Source: Polymyxa betae A26-41 (Eukaryota; Protista; Endomyxa: Phytomyxea). Taken from it: DNA of 64,000 nucleotides. The first letter of the stretch is position 1, and every line of letters starts with the position of its first letter. The DNA is taken from NCBI GenBank assembly GCA_003693705.1, contig RBZT01000286.1, positions 1 through 64,000 on the forward strand, in the 5' to 3' direction. Position numbers and translations under genes: made by a program. This document shows, piece by piece, positions 50,701-64,000 of the stretch. The notes beneath the pieces were generated by a model. That model worked only from the letters and a program-made list of their open reading frames with translations, made no database searches and was not told where the DNA came from.

Positions 50701-52608
50701 ATGCTTCTTGCTGATTTTGATCGTTTACAGGAACTTCGAGACCTATGAGTATAATTTTCAAATGGCCGTCTCTCGGATCCATTTCACTGAGATCACTGAT
50801 GCTACAGCTGCTCTTGTCCAGTTCCTCTTTGACGCTTTAGACTCTGGACGCTTAAGTCCTTTTAACGATTGGACTCCTGTGGAAATCGTGACGAATCTTC
50901 TCTTCAAGTTCGCCTGGCACTTCCGTCTTGTATCCGCAGACACTGTAAGGACGATATTGGAACTGTGATGCTTGGCACATTCTGATTTTAACAGTTGATA
51001 TTGACGCTATGTGATTTTGACGGCCATCCCGATGTGTTTACGGTCCTAAGAGCGTTATTGTTTGGTCTTGGTGATGTCGACACTTTCGGCCCTCGAATTG
51101 AGGCTCTTACCGGATGTGATCCCGGTGTCGAGCTTCTTCCTCACTGGGATGATCCGGATTACTTCTCTCGACACATTGATTATTATGCCTCCTTTCCCGA
51201 GGTAACATCGTGTTAATTGATTTAGGCTTCAGCTCAGTAATCTGTTAGACCTCTATTGGCGCCGGTTATGAATCGCTTTTGAATTCTGCTGATGATGTCA
51301 TGTTGCCAATCTATTATGGCAACGTTTGTCTACGAATTCTCCCCATTCTCGATGTTGTCATCAGTCGCTTAATCGAGCATGACCAGACTGTTTTGTTTAT
51401 CGATGTTGCGAACAGATTTCAAGCGCTGTATCCGCTATATCATCATCAGCCAATCACAACGATTCTAAAATTATTCAGGTTCAATTCTCTCCCTAGTGAC
51501 TGTTGTTGTTCTGACTACCATCAGATACTATGACGGCGCCTCTGCTTTAGATTTGGATGTTCGACGAGCTCTTTTGAGACTGGCCGTTGGTCCACCGTGC
51601 TTTGATGATTCCATTTTTTCACCAGGATTTCTCTTTTGGGCTCGACAGTCCATGTCGGATTTCCCAGAGTCAGAGCTTTTCTCTGCCTCCTATTATCAGA
51701 ATGTAAGATTACAGCTTTTTTGAATGTGATCTGAGAGATTATTTTCTAGTTACTTCTCCGGTTAGCAGATAAAATCACAATTGTTTCGCTCTCAAGCTCA
51801 ATTGGACATCGCTGCGCTCAGTTTTTCTATGAATTCCGAAGTGATTATGATCAAGCATTGTCAGTATGCTGCCTTGAAACAATAACGCTGCCTGTCCATT
51901 CTCGCGTTCTATTCAAAGGGTTCATCGATTTTCTCTTGACTCCATTTGAGAATGGCAATGTTAATTCATCTGTAAAAGTTATGCAAGGTACTACCAAACA
52001 TGGACCCAATGCTTATCATGATTGTTTAATTGTTTCTAGCATTTGCCTTGATTTCGGCGCAGCTTCCATCAAGATTCCATGACGACCTCGTCCAAACATT
52101 GATCAGCTCCATTAGCTCTCATTGCCTGGCTATTGACGAATGTTCGCCATTAGTCGTCAATCTTCTCGATTCCGATTGGAAGTCATTGACAAATTCGATC
52201 ATGGACAATTCTTGCAGTCGTCTGCTTTCGATCACCCATCACGTTTTTGAAAAGATGCCATCGCTCTTGGAAAAGTTTGTTCGGGGCTTGTTCTCTATTC
52301 AGATCGATTTCACATCTCACCCGATTCGATTACTGTATCTTTGTCGAACATTTATTCCTTTTATCGGTCCATCAACACAACCATATTGTACTGTTTCTGA
52401 TGCAATAAGGTTTTTGTTCCGCTGCTTGATTGCCGTTCGTGAAAAGGAGGATTTTGGTCCTCTACAGATCATTCTTGATTGGCTTTCCACAGAATTGCCC
52501 ACTCTCGTAGCAACAATTGATGCTGCTCGGCTTGCTGAGTTAAAGCTTCTGTCCCTGGAATTACCCAAATGCTGCCCCCAAAGAATCCTAATGTCGCTTA
52601 GGCCTTAG
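47799..52608 (+). CDS. MED23: Mediator complex subunit 23 (multi-exon)
   Basis: APPGVVETYVRLL; LLEMFNYRL; PHSFSAQTLRWMP; LPIYYGNVCLRILPILDVVISRLIE; LYHHQPIT. The 5' end may extend to about 47500. Confidence 0.88.
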
Positions 52609-53274
52609 GGACATTCAATGTACTGACATTTTTATTGTTTTATCACGACTGCACAGACTATTTAAACGCTGTGCTTTTACGTAAGGTCGGATCATGCTAT
52701 TTACACAAATCGCACAAGAATAGACACAGCGGATGGTCAATAATCTAACTTACTTCCATGTTTATTAACGTCAAAAATGACAATCCGAACTGATCTGACT
52801 TACCGCTTTACGATTTGCTGCGTAGCGACTTGGCCAAGAAAGGATATCATCAGATGACCGCACAGGACCAAACTATTCTTTCCCGAACCAAGCAATCTTA
52901 ATTCAGCTTACACCCTTTCTATGCCGATCGCAAGTGTTTCTTCAATTACTTGTTTAAACCGGTATACCGCCGTTTCTTCATGAATGGGATAGGAGAACCT
53001 TCCCCGTTGTCATCGTCAAACAAATATTTGATAAAGCGCGTAAAAGATTCTGCAATCCAGAGCATTGCCTACTCCGATGTGTTCATTAGACAGAAGAAAG
53101 ATGAGGTTTTGTTGGAGTCCTAGAACAACCACAACACCAACATGAAGCATCTGTTCTGTTGTTACTCTGAAGGGCGGCGGCCTCTCCATTAAGTGATCTT
53201 CACAGAAATCCATTTCTACAGGGCTACAGGCCACAGCGGCACAGATCTTCGTACTGTCATTTTAGATTTCGTTA

Positions 53275-56200
53275 ATGGGCAATGTGCTTGATAACGAACG
53301 AGCTGAGGTCCCGGGTCAAACCCAATGGACACTTTCGTTCGACAGTCGTCCCAACGTTCTAGCACCGTTTCTGTTCTGTCATTCCAAGCGCGTCATCTTA
53401 TCCCCGAAGGACATAGCCGATCTTGTCAGAATTGCTTCCGCCGACCAAACGTAAGTATTTATATTTTTTCGCATTGCCAAGAAGTTTTGAGTTTTTTGAA
53501 TAGAGCGAAAACTGTTGAACGCTATTGTGACTTGCCGCCGTCCTTACTACAGCGAGCGGCTTGCCTTCGCGCCTCGCAATATCTCATACGCGATCGCATA
53601 CATGTCCCGCTGGATCGTGATGCAGCTGGAATCAACTCCGTTCCTGTCTCTAGTGCAATGGCACTTTATGACACGAACTTTGGGAAGCTACTGTTTGAGG
53701 TTATTGCTCGAACTAGGCGTATCCAGCTGGATATTGTGGGCGCCCGTGTACGCAGAGCACTGCAAAGCAATTCTGGTGCACATCGTGGAGATAGCTTGCG
53801 TTTGAGATTGATCACAAAATCTGATGATATCTCGCAGCCGCCATCGTTGAAGCGGCTTACAACACTTATCGAGCGTGAGATGAATTTGAAGTCGAAGTAC
53901 CTTATCACGGAAAGCATGGCCGTCGAATTTGAAGCGCTTCCTGTTGGTGAATTATCATCATCATTTGTGGCTGCTACAAGCAGCGGGATCAAACACGATG
54001 CGACGGTGAAATATCTGGCCACGTTCTGGGATTACTTATGCACTACCTCTGCCTATGGGTCATTGGCGCGATTGCTAGCCACTGATAAAAAGGCTGTTGG
54101 AATCCTGTGTCGCATACTATTGGCATTTTCCGCTGCTACTTCATCATTCGCTGCACTGATCCAAACCGCATCCACTCTGATGCTGATTAGTGCCAGCGAC
54201 CCAAAGCATGATTTTGAGCTTCCTTGGCAAGCAACGAATACATTAAATCGTATTCGACAAGATCCTGTTGACCCTGTAAACAAAAATTCCCAGCCTTTGT
54301 TGGCTGGTGCTGCGCACATCGAAATTATCTCGTTGCTGTCACGAGGTGTCCTTCATCCAGGGCTTCAAATTGGTTTTGATCATTCTTCTCTGACTGTGCT
54401 TTTACAGCTGTTATCTCGCTGTCTTTATTCTTATTTTGCCCGCGTCAGAGATGAGGATGAAGGGGCTGAACTTCGCACTACAGTTCGTCGTCTGCAGGAG
54501 GGACCTTTGCACGACCAGATATCAACCGCAAGAGCACTGTCACGTGTCTGTGATACGGTGTGGTCCGATCCAAGACAGTTTCGCACATTGCACATGGATA
54601 AAATCACGAAGAGCCCTGAAGCCTTACGGCTATTGGGATTGGTTGGCTTTGAGAACGTGAAGGATTACTTCTTGGAAGCCAACCCCGTTGACGTCGAGAC
54701 TTTGGCTATGCTGAGGTTTGAGCTGCAATTAATGTTGCAACAGATCTGGTCTCAGCTAGTACCTGATTTGCTGCGGATTTTGCACAGCCAATTACTGTTG
54801 GCCGCCAGCCATCGCATTCATCCTGCTCCACGAGAATTCAAGCGCAAAGGTTCTTGGAATTTGCACGTTTTGAGCAACATTTTTTTATGACATTGCCACT
54901 CGACTTTTCGCATTTTGTTTGTGAAATATCGAATTTCCCATTCTCGGATACAGATTTGTTATGCTGTATGTTCGACGATTTACTGAGAGTCGTTGCTCTG
55001 GGGTTCGACCAATTTGAGAAAAGTTCTCATGCGCTCCGTTATGATACCGCATCCTTAGCAATTCGTGTGCTATGTGATGGAATGCCCTTATTTTTGCCCA
55101 GAGCCAGTCAGCAGGTAATCGAATTGCCCTTTGCTTTCTTTAGAGTTTGAAAATGCTTGCTAGGTGTCTTTTCTTTCTCGTATTTTCGACTACACAATGC
55201 CGTTAACCCCTTCATCGACTTTTAAACGCGATTTCATATTAACCGCGCCAGCTCGCAATGCAATTTCTAGTTATATATTTTGCCATTCACCAGTCATCAA
55301 AGATACTGGTTATCTAACGGATCTTGCGTTCGGTCAAGATGAAGGTGGGATCCAGTCTCGAAGATTCGCTATGGTTGTTTATCGTGATGTCTCTTTTTCA
55401 GATGTCTGGTCAGAGTTGATTTCGGAGTTAAAGAAAAATGCTCCCGAGGGTATAGCATGGCGTCGCGTATGTCGAGTCCTTGTTGATGCTCAGTCCAACG
55501 ACACCGAATATGCCCGTTACAAAAATGATCCTGTTATTTCTCCGATTTTGAATGCCATTATGCGCGCTGACAAGAACGACGTTGCGCCCCTTAAGATGGG
55601 CACAATCAATCAAGCGCTGATCCGGTTTGCCCTTCCATATCCCGATTTGCTTCAAGGGTTAGAAACGATTCAACTACCAGGTTTGTTGCCGTTTACTCAA
55701 GTTCATTTCCCGTAAATAAACATCAGTGCTGATTTGACTTCTTAGGAGCAACATTTACAGATGATGAACGTTTTGTGGTTGCCGAGCGTTCAGCAAAAGT
55801 TCTGTAAGTTAGTGGTCGCTTTCTTCTGGAGCGCGTTCAAATCCGGCTCTTAGGTTCTGCTTTCAGCGCGATCTTTTTCAGAGATCTATCCTTGATGGTG
55901 CCCGCATCGATGCTCATCGAAATCATCCGGCTTTAGAGTTAGGCAGAACGTTCTTGCAGCTAACGTTGCAGAAGGTTATGGAAGTTTCTGATACATCCGA
56001 TGGAATTCGCAATAACGTCTCAGCAACAAACTTTCGGACGTCATTGCTAGGAGGATTCTTGCCTCATGTCCTACTAGGCCTGGCTGCAGTTCTGCCCCAA
56101 TTCCACCCTGAGAATGCATCTTTAGGTAGAAAACTTGATCTTGTTTATTTTTGTTTGATTTCGAGGAGCTTTTTCCTGATCATATTTAGCTTTGAAGATG

Positions 56201-59200
56201 CACAAAACACTTATTTTCTCTATAGCGGAGTTGCATCTACAAGTGATGACATTGCATCAACTGCTGGGAGGTTACGAAAATATTGATTCGGATTGTTTGC
56301 GATCTCTCTGTGTCTCATCCAAATCTGAGCAATCAGTCTCTTACGATTACGCTGAAATCGAGACAATACTTGATGCAGGGAATGCTATTCATGACGTTTT
56401 GATCCATCCCAAATTCGATCTGAATTCCGGAGACGAAAACGACGTAAGTATATTGGATTCAATGCTCATGATCTGACACATATTTAGCGCCCAACACGGA
56501 TTCAAGAAGCTCGTGACCATATGATCGCACTGCTACATGCTAACAATGCATCGCAATCACTTGTAGATAAGTTTGATTGTGATTGTAATAACATATTGGA
56601 ATTACTGTCAACTTTTCAGAAAGATAATCATGTTGGTGACTATGAAACTAACTGTTACCGTATCTGATATCAGCACAGACTTTGGATACGGTTCTGCAAC
56701 AAAATGAGACTCTATGTTTAATTGTATCGGAATTGGTTTTCAAGAGGTCGCATGTGGAGAATTTACAACAAGTAGGGATTGTTGATTGGTGTTTTCTCGC
56801 TTGCACTCGAGCGGATTGCGATCATCTTCCATTTGCTCACTAATTACTGACTTCCTCAACCAGGTTGCTGAAATGCCTTCTTTATATTTATGCCCCTTGT
56901 GTGGTATATCTTGCTCACAGATATCAGAGCTAATAGTTCACACTCTGGGTCGCTCAACAAATTCTGAGTCGCCCAAAGTCGTCTGCCATTCGTCGAATTC
57001 CGCCGTGTGGCTGCAATTTGTTCGTCACCAAGTTGTTTTTCTGTTGGCCAAAATCGCAAGGAAACTTGTCGCAGGTCTTCTTTGTAATTCACAGGCTTAG
57101 ACCATTCTTATTTGTCTCGAAGGTTTACCAATGCCAAATGCTATTTCGACGAACACTTCCAGATCTGATGCCGAATTTGCCTTGACTCCCGAAGCAAATC
57201 TGATTGATTCGGGTTCTCAATGGTTGCGCTCAGTGCTTTTCAAGGTCGATTTCTGTTCACCGATTATTGTTCTGTGAATTCAAGGCATTTCGGCGGTTGC
57301 ATAGAGTCGGTTCTAATGATCGCAATAGGGTGGGTTTGACCGGCCTGAGTTATCTTCGGATTCCCGTGGTGATGCTACCTCCATATCAGTTCGGCTCAGT
57401 ACTTTGTCTGAAGATCGCATATTCTTTGATAATTTAATTGACGGATGCGGATCCGCTGGACGACTAAACGATTCTATCCTGAAGCTTCCACAATTTCGAC
57501 TGTTTGTCCACAGAAAATCTGGCGGTGATGCCATAGCGCACGCTACCCGGATGATTGTAGCGGCACTGATTAAGCACGGTGGACTAACTGCTGACGTTCG
57601 AGCTCTTGCCGATAAAATCACTGAAGAAGCAGCGTTGGTTTTCTTTTCTGTGGTTTGTTTGGCTGATTGCGAGCAATAGGTCCCAAATTTTGCTGCAACC
57701 AGTACATTCTAATATTTTAAAACTGTGGTCTGTAGCGGATTCTCTCAAAGCTCATTGGGTCTCGTTGCATCAAGAAGGCATCCAAAGCATCTGCCTGGAA
57801 CCTTTGTGTAGACAAACTGTTGTATTTGATTCAACGAAGTATCGGTAAAACTTTTTTTTCTTAAGAACTTATTGCGGGTTGAGATCACATTTTGCAGAGC
57901 AATGTTTCGAATGACCAGATTGCACTACTGACTATGATTAGATGTGGGAACGGACATGAGCAAAGTGATTGTGAAACAATTGATAGTGCCCCCTATTCCC
58001 AGATTCGTGATCAGATTCTCTTGAAATGCGAGCTTCTATTGGAAACAGAATCGGCAAGCCGGCTATCGTTGCGACCAACTTTCCTGCGTCAGACGTCTCT
58101 CACAATCAAGAAGCTGCTCCGCCACCGTTCTTTGGAACAGAACTCAGGTGCTCAATCTCCCACTCCAAACAAATCAAAATGGGATATGATCCGGTCAACT
58201 TTCCGGGGACTCGGTTTTCAGTTTCGATCAATGAGGAATTCTAAACTTCATCGCAGCATAAATGATGCAGTTCTTGATTTCTTAAAGGTATGATGTTTTC
58301 GCTAGCTCGGCCAGAACGTTGCTCTCAAAGAGCTATTGTAGCAGCTTTGTAAAAAGATATTACTGCTTTACTTATGTTCTGGCATAGGACGATAAAGTGG
58401 ATGTTCACAGCTTAAGGAAATCCCTGGAGTCTCTCGTTTATCGAGCGAAATCTCGAATTCAAGGCTTTGATTTATTCGCAACTTTGCTGCATAGAGCTCC
58501 CACCGACCTTTCCATTGTTCCCGTATGCGAACTAGTAGCAGCTCAAAGAGATTTACCATGCAGCACTGACCAAATCGGTACCCATTTCTTGGATAACATT
58601 GAATCTGCTGGAGTCTCTTTGCTGGCTGCGGTCAGGAGCTCATATGCAGTTGTAGCAGGACGTATGACATCTCTGTTATCTAAAACAATTAGGGAATATG
58701 GTTGGTCAATCCAAGAATTTTTGACAACAGAATTAATGTATTCCGGCAGGCGTCGATAAGTCCCTGCTTCTGCTTGTTCTTTTCGATTTCTGGAAGATGG
58801 GTTTCTCTTCTGGAGATTTTGTGCTTCTTCGCAGCTTGAAACTTCTAAGTATCATTCGAGTAGCTTTAGCGCTGCCATCAGCGCTGATATCATGTGCTGC
58901 ACGCCGCTTATCGAACGCTATCGGGCTGATTTGTTTCGGTCCTGATCGCAATCACGCGATGTCTAGCTTTCCCACATCTCACCTCGATCCATTCCAAGTC
59001 TCCTTGTTGGACGAGATGTTAGATGACTTATCGCGCCCATGGCCATCCTCTTCTGAGAGAGCCTATTCTTCGCATGAAAACGCTGTTTCCGAGATCTTCA
59101 GCGTTTTGATTCTAGCTTGCAATATTTCGTCATCCAAATTATTGGAGTATTTACGCTCCAGTTCACCTTGGATCTCAGTGCTGATATTATATGTTCGAGA

Positions 59201-62200
59201 TGGCTTTTGTGGTGAATCAAGAGACCTGTCACCTCGTGTCCTTCGCCTTATAACTACTCTGGGCACCATGATATTTCCCTATGTGTTTCCGGATCAGCTC
59301 GCTCAGATCTATTTCGATGCACCTGATTCCACGCCCACGAGATTCGTTGAGGAAGTAGTTCGAATCGTTGGTCGGAATACATCTCCCTCCCCAAACCCTG
59401 ACCAACTGTCTTCTACTTGGGCCATGTTTCGTGCTCGTTCAGCGTTATGCATTTTGCGCTCGTTGCATATGCAATCTCTATGGTCGCCTTTGATTTCACG
59501 GATCTCATCCTCTCACCTTACGTTGCTCCATTCTGCAATTCCTGCGATCACGAAAAACAATTTTGGAGCGGATCAACTGCTCGATCTGTTGGGAATCCTC
59601 CGGTTTTTAAGCTCTGATGCTGATTGCATAACGCATGGAGCCCGTGTCCGGGTTTCTCTTGCGCGGAAGGGAACTGACCAAGTAGACGACGTTGGCACTG
59701 TGGTTGATATTGCCCGAACTAAAGCTTGGGTTATCCGTGACAATGACCTTTCTTTGCAAGCACTGGAACGCGATGTGCAAGACCTCGAAGTCGTTCCTGA
59801 TACCGTTTATTTCGGTGAACTTCTGCTCACAAGACAAGCTTTAAACTCATTGCTATCTCTCGTGATTTTACGTCCGACTGGAAGCTCAGACCGAAGAAAA
59901 TCTAGTGCCGAAGGTATTCGATTTCATTTTGCAGTTTAAACTAATCTGAATTTGGTCATATTCCTAATCCACGTTTGCATTTTACTTACAGCTCATTTAG
60001 GAATTTGTTTGTTGAGCAGTACTGCATATCTGCATCCTGAGAATGCACTCATACTGTCGCAATTGCAGTCCCTTGGTATTAAAGTCATCGCATCATTGCT
60101 TGGAAGTATGCCATCGATTGTTGCTCAAGACACTTTGGCGGCAATCGCTGCAAATCCATCAAACGTTATGCAGCTTCTTCAGATTGCCCGGATGCCTATT
60201 CCTTTACATGAAGCTTTAGATATTAGAAGTTTGGAAGGAAAATGCGTCCGATTAGCACAGTTAGTTCACGACCAGCAGCGCATTGAGCTTCAGGTATCTT
60301 CGTTTGCAACATTCTTCAATGACCTGAATTCACGAATCAGTTTGCGTCAACTGCTAGTCTAGATAAAGAGAAGCTCCGACATGATTCAGACGAGCACGTT
60401 GATTGGTGTTCTAAGGCTATACAGGTAATTCATATTTCTTAATGATGCCTTGCATATCGTGATTGTTGTGCAGATATTCCATAATGAGCCAGATGCCAAT
60501 TCGAAAGCCATTGAATGGTTGTCTGCTCGACGTAGTGAAGTGAATCGTGCTGAGGTTTGTCGCTACAACCTTCTCGCTGAAGCTGTTTCCCCCAAAGTCT
60601 GTATCACTGTATCGAGCTTCGCCTGTTTTAAATGTCTATAGAGCCAAACAGGTGACATGGTTAACCGCCTTTCATCTATGGGATTTCCCATTGCGATTTG
60701 CGAATCCGCTTTAGAACTGAACAACAACAATGAAATCTTAGCTGTGCGCTTATATACATATTGTTGTGATATCTCAGTCATAATTGTTCATTTTCTCTAT
60801 AGGCCAATTGGTTAATGGACCATGGAGTTAAAGAATTGGAACGAATGCAGCAAAGCAGTCAATTAGCATCTCCAAAGTACGATTCCGAATCAGAATGGGC
60901 GGCTGAAGGGGTGGATCATTTCCAGGTCAGTTTGTCGAATTGTTTTCTCGTGAAGTTTGTCAAATGAAATTTCTGAAGGAAATGGGCGATGGAGATGTCG
61001 CTCTAGATTTGATGGTTCGTGGTCCTGCAGATATGTTGGATGGGAATTTCGAACAATTCAGTGACGTTTACAATCGCTTGACTCTAGAACCTAATCGCAT
61101 CCGACAGCAGAAGTCAGTCAGATTCTCACCTCTTGCCCACCTCTGATTTCTTTGCCTTAGTCTCTCAAGTGATGTTCGAGATGATCGGGGCAAAGCAGGA
61201 AGCTCAAAGTCCAGCCTGCTCAAACGCAGTTGCCTGAAGTTAACAATCGATGATCTTCGCGTAGGGCAGGTAACAAACATCTGGAGTTCTCTTCGGTCAA
61301 ATAAGCGCCAACCTGATTCCTGTTCGCAGACTGTGAGAGTTTCTTCGAGTTGGGTTGCCGCTCGCAGCCATGTTTTAGGAAAGTTGGGATCAGCGGGGGG
61401 GACCGGCCGTGCCTCATACCAATGGTATCTAAACTCAGTGCAAAACACATGGGAACCCTTCGACGGCAATGTTACTGCACAACTTGAAGAACGCTGGAGA
61501 CAGGGCGAATCCTTCTGTGCCGCGATTCTAGACTCAGAACCATTCATGGTATCCGTATAGAACTGACTTGATCAAACGTTTTAATATCGGGTTCCATCGC
61601 TATAATTTTATCCAGCATCATTTCTTCATGATCTTAACGCTCAACTTTAGTTTCGGTTGGATCGCATGGCCATGTATCACAGCCTAACTGGTTATATGGT
61701 ACGATTACGACGTCGGCGGATTGAAAAATCGGTTGCATCTCCGTTTCAACGGGTCTCCTTGAAAGCGGTCGATTCGACCGAGGATTCTCCCAATCAAGAA
61801 CGCATAGGTACTACCTCCTCCTGACACCAATACTTGCTAAATTTGTTTACAGATCGTGATGATGGTATCGTGGAACCTTCAAAAAGGCTGGAACTTTTGA
61901 TGGAGTCGCTAACCCCTTCGCAATCAGCTATCTTAGATCAGGTAAAGTTTATGGGTTTCGTCACCCTGGCCAGATGCCGAATGTATACAGGTGCAAGCGG
62001 TCGTCCCAGACACACCTCGCCATTGGATTATTCAGGCTTTACAAAAGAACGCATTTAATGCGAATGCCGCTGTCGAATGGCTGTTTGCAAACACATCTAT
62101 TCTTGAGGCCCTCGACAAAGTAACTGCCGCTTAAACGTCACCGTTGGGTGCTCATGCACTGTAGGAATACGAAACCAAGTGGAAATCAAGAAATTCGGTC

Positions 62201-64000
62201 AATCTAGCAACTGAACCAGAGGATGTCGGTGATGACAATGTCTCCGAGTCCGATCTGTCCAGTTATGCAGCGATTCTTGATTTTGGGGACGCCTTGGCAA
62301 CCGTTACCCAGATTGATGGCAACCTCGGCGAAGTCTGTATCTCGTTACCTCTCGAAGCTTCAGATTCAGGTTTACAGGTGATTTTATTCATTGATTCTCT
62401 GCACCATCTTACTGTTAGCAGAATTTTGACAACAGTGGTTCTTTATTATGTCCTGTATCTGCTCTTGAATGGATTGACTCCTGGGTTGACGATCATATGC
62501 CGAACGAAATCTCCAAACGGCGAAAGCTGGGGGCCCGGGGCTTGCTAACTGATACGTTTGTTGCGCTTGCAATTGTTTATGCTCGACGGGCAGTATTAAC
62601 ATTAATGTATCTGGCTCTTCAACAGTCAACCAACGATTCTGAAGATTCCGACGAAGGATTATCTTTAGCCCATTTGAACCTAAAAGTAACCGATGTTATT
62701 TCCATTTTAAAATTGATGGCGAATGATGTCCCGGGAGGATATATTCATGGAGGATCGAGCAATATTCAAGGCGGGTCCTCGATTTGGTACCTCTTAAGAG
62801 CTCTCTCTCTGCACCCGAAATACGCTAGTGAAATGATGTCCTTTATAATTGATGACTGTATCTGGCACTTGCGAAAGGCATCATGCAGGGTTTTCGAAAC
62901 CGCATCTGCCCATCCGTACCCAGATTCAGCGCAAACGAAAGAGGAGGTACCGCAATGTGTATCTCAGCTTGAGTGATTCCTGAACTTGAAATAGGTCTAT
63001 ATTGAAAATGCCAGCGAGCTGGTCGTGGAGTTTGACCGACGATCGCAACTCAAAGAAGGCCATGCAATGGTCTCATTTTGGTCCGACCCTGAATGCAGCC
63101 AGGAGATTGCAATCATGTCTGGTACCGGGTTTCAGTCACCAGAAAACCCGACCGGAAGTGGCTTTCGTTCTTTTATAGTGAGGTCGAATCGATTCTTCAT
63201 CACCTTTGGCAGTGGACAATCTCGTCCAAATGGCAAAGTATGTATCATGTGACCGCCATCTACATTTTATGATTGTTTATACATTCGCTTTAGGTGGAGT
63301 TTGGATATGCTCTTCGCGTACGTCCTGTTGGATATCGGTTTGAAGACGAAAGGGATATATTGAAGGCACCGCTTGGATGGCCTCTGTTATCGTTGCTAAC
63401 GAGTTCCGTTTTGGTGAACTCCTGTATAATGCATGACACCTCTCCCAATCTCATCGTTGCTATCATCCGATATCTGCGTTGTGCTAAGTCCCCATCCAAG
63501 GTTTATACTACCATGGCTCTTGAGAAACTATTGGTTGCATATTCCAATGCGTTGCCTTCATCCAAAGAAACCTTTCTGGAAGCGATCGGTGGAAAAGCGG
63601 CGATATCTCATCTGCAGACCATGCGCGACAAGATTCGCGACATGAATACCCGTGCACCTGCTGGATCGCTGTTTTCTCCGTTCCTGAAGGCGCTCGAAGA
63701 TCTTCTCAGGGCAGTACGGCTCATATTCCCCGCTGTTGCGTTCCAGACATGCGAAATTGAACTACCAACTCCAGCCTCATCTGTAGCGTCTATTAATCCT
63801 TGGGAAATACGCGCCCCTATTGGCAAATCTACTACTGTGGACATTGCCCGAGTAGAAGACGTTCTAAATGCATTACATGACGGTCGACGGTTACCTTCGC
63901 CTCAAGTAGTGGCGCTTGCGTATGAACATTTGAATAGTGAGTCTCGAGCTTTCGGTATGCATTTGTCGCCGATATGACTAATGCGTTTCAGGTGTTCAAC
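53275..64000 (+). CDS. giant multidomain ubiquitin-pathway protein (PUB-, UBA-, WWE- and CUB-like domains; probable E3 ligase), truncated by the window end
   Basis: MGNVLD start then GTAAGT donor at about 53451; PUB-like DPRQFRTLH..EALRLLGLVGF; UBA LSSMGFPIAICESAL..ANWLMDH; WWE YQWY..WEPFD...LEERW; UBA-like IIQALQKNAFNANAAVEWL; CUB-like SAHPYPDS..VEFDRRS. Confidence 0.7.

Noticed and set aside
52740-53234. Small gene between MED23 and the giant protein
   Set aside because: Only short open frames; no motif or resolvable exon structure.

Overview
Gene-dense, intron-rich eukaryotic nuclear DNA. Introns are mostly GT-AG and about 45-110 nt, and intergenic gaps can be as short as 13 bp. Short introns, moderate GC, a flagellar CCDC42/CFAP73-type gene and a DASH/Dam1-type subunit suggest a zoosporic protist such as a phytomyxid/plasmodiophorid (inference only). 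Recognisable genes: a GPI-type surface protein, Dad2-like subunit, NIPA Mg2+ transporter, divergent MyTH4 myosin, aminoacylase-1, ABCA half-transporter, CSN2, acetylornithine deacetylase, RNR large subunit, RAP-domain protein, Asn/Gly/Trp/Tyr-repeat SUEL lectin, MnSOD, neurochondrin, tRNA-Gln(UUG), SURF6/RRP14, CCDC42/CFAP73, Nup214-like, MED23, and the 5' part of a giant PUB/UBA/WWE protein. The most striking observation is that the ABCA half-transporter splices in frame, with no stop and no new ATG, into a membrane-anchored pectin-acetylesterase/Notum-family domain whose nucleophile motif reads GWQNG instead of GxSxG. This looks like an ABCA-pseudohydrolase fusion. Also notable: an apparently motor-dead myosin, four TGASTCA sites ahead of the repeat lectin gene, and a palindromic E2F site ahead of RNR. 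Exon boundaries were inferred by eye and all homologies are from motif recognition, not database searches.
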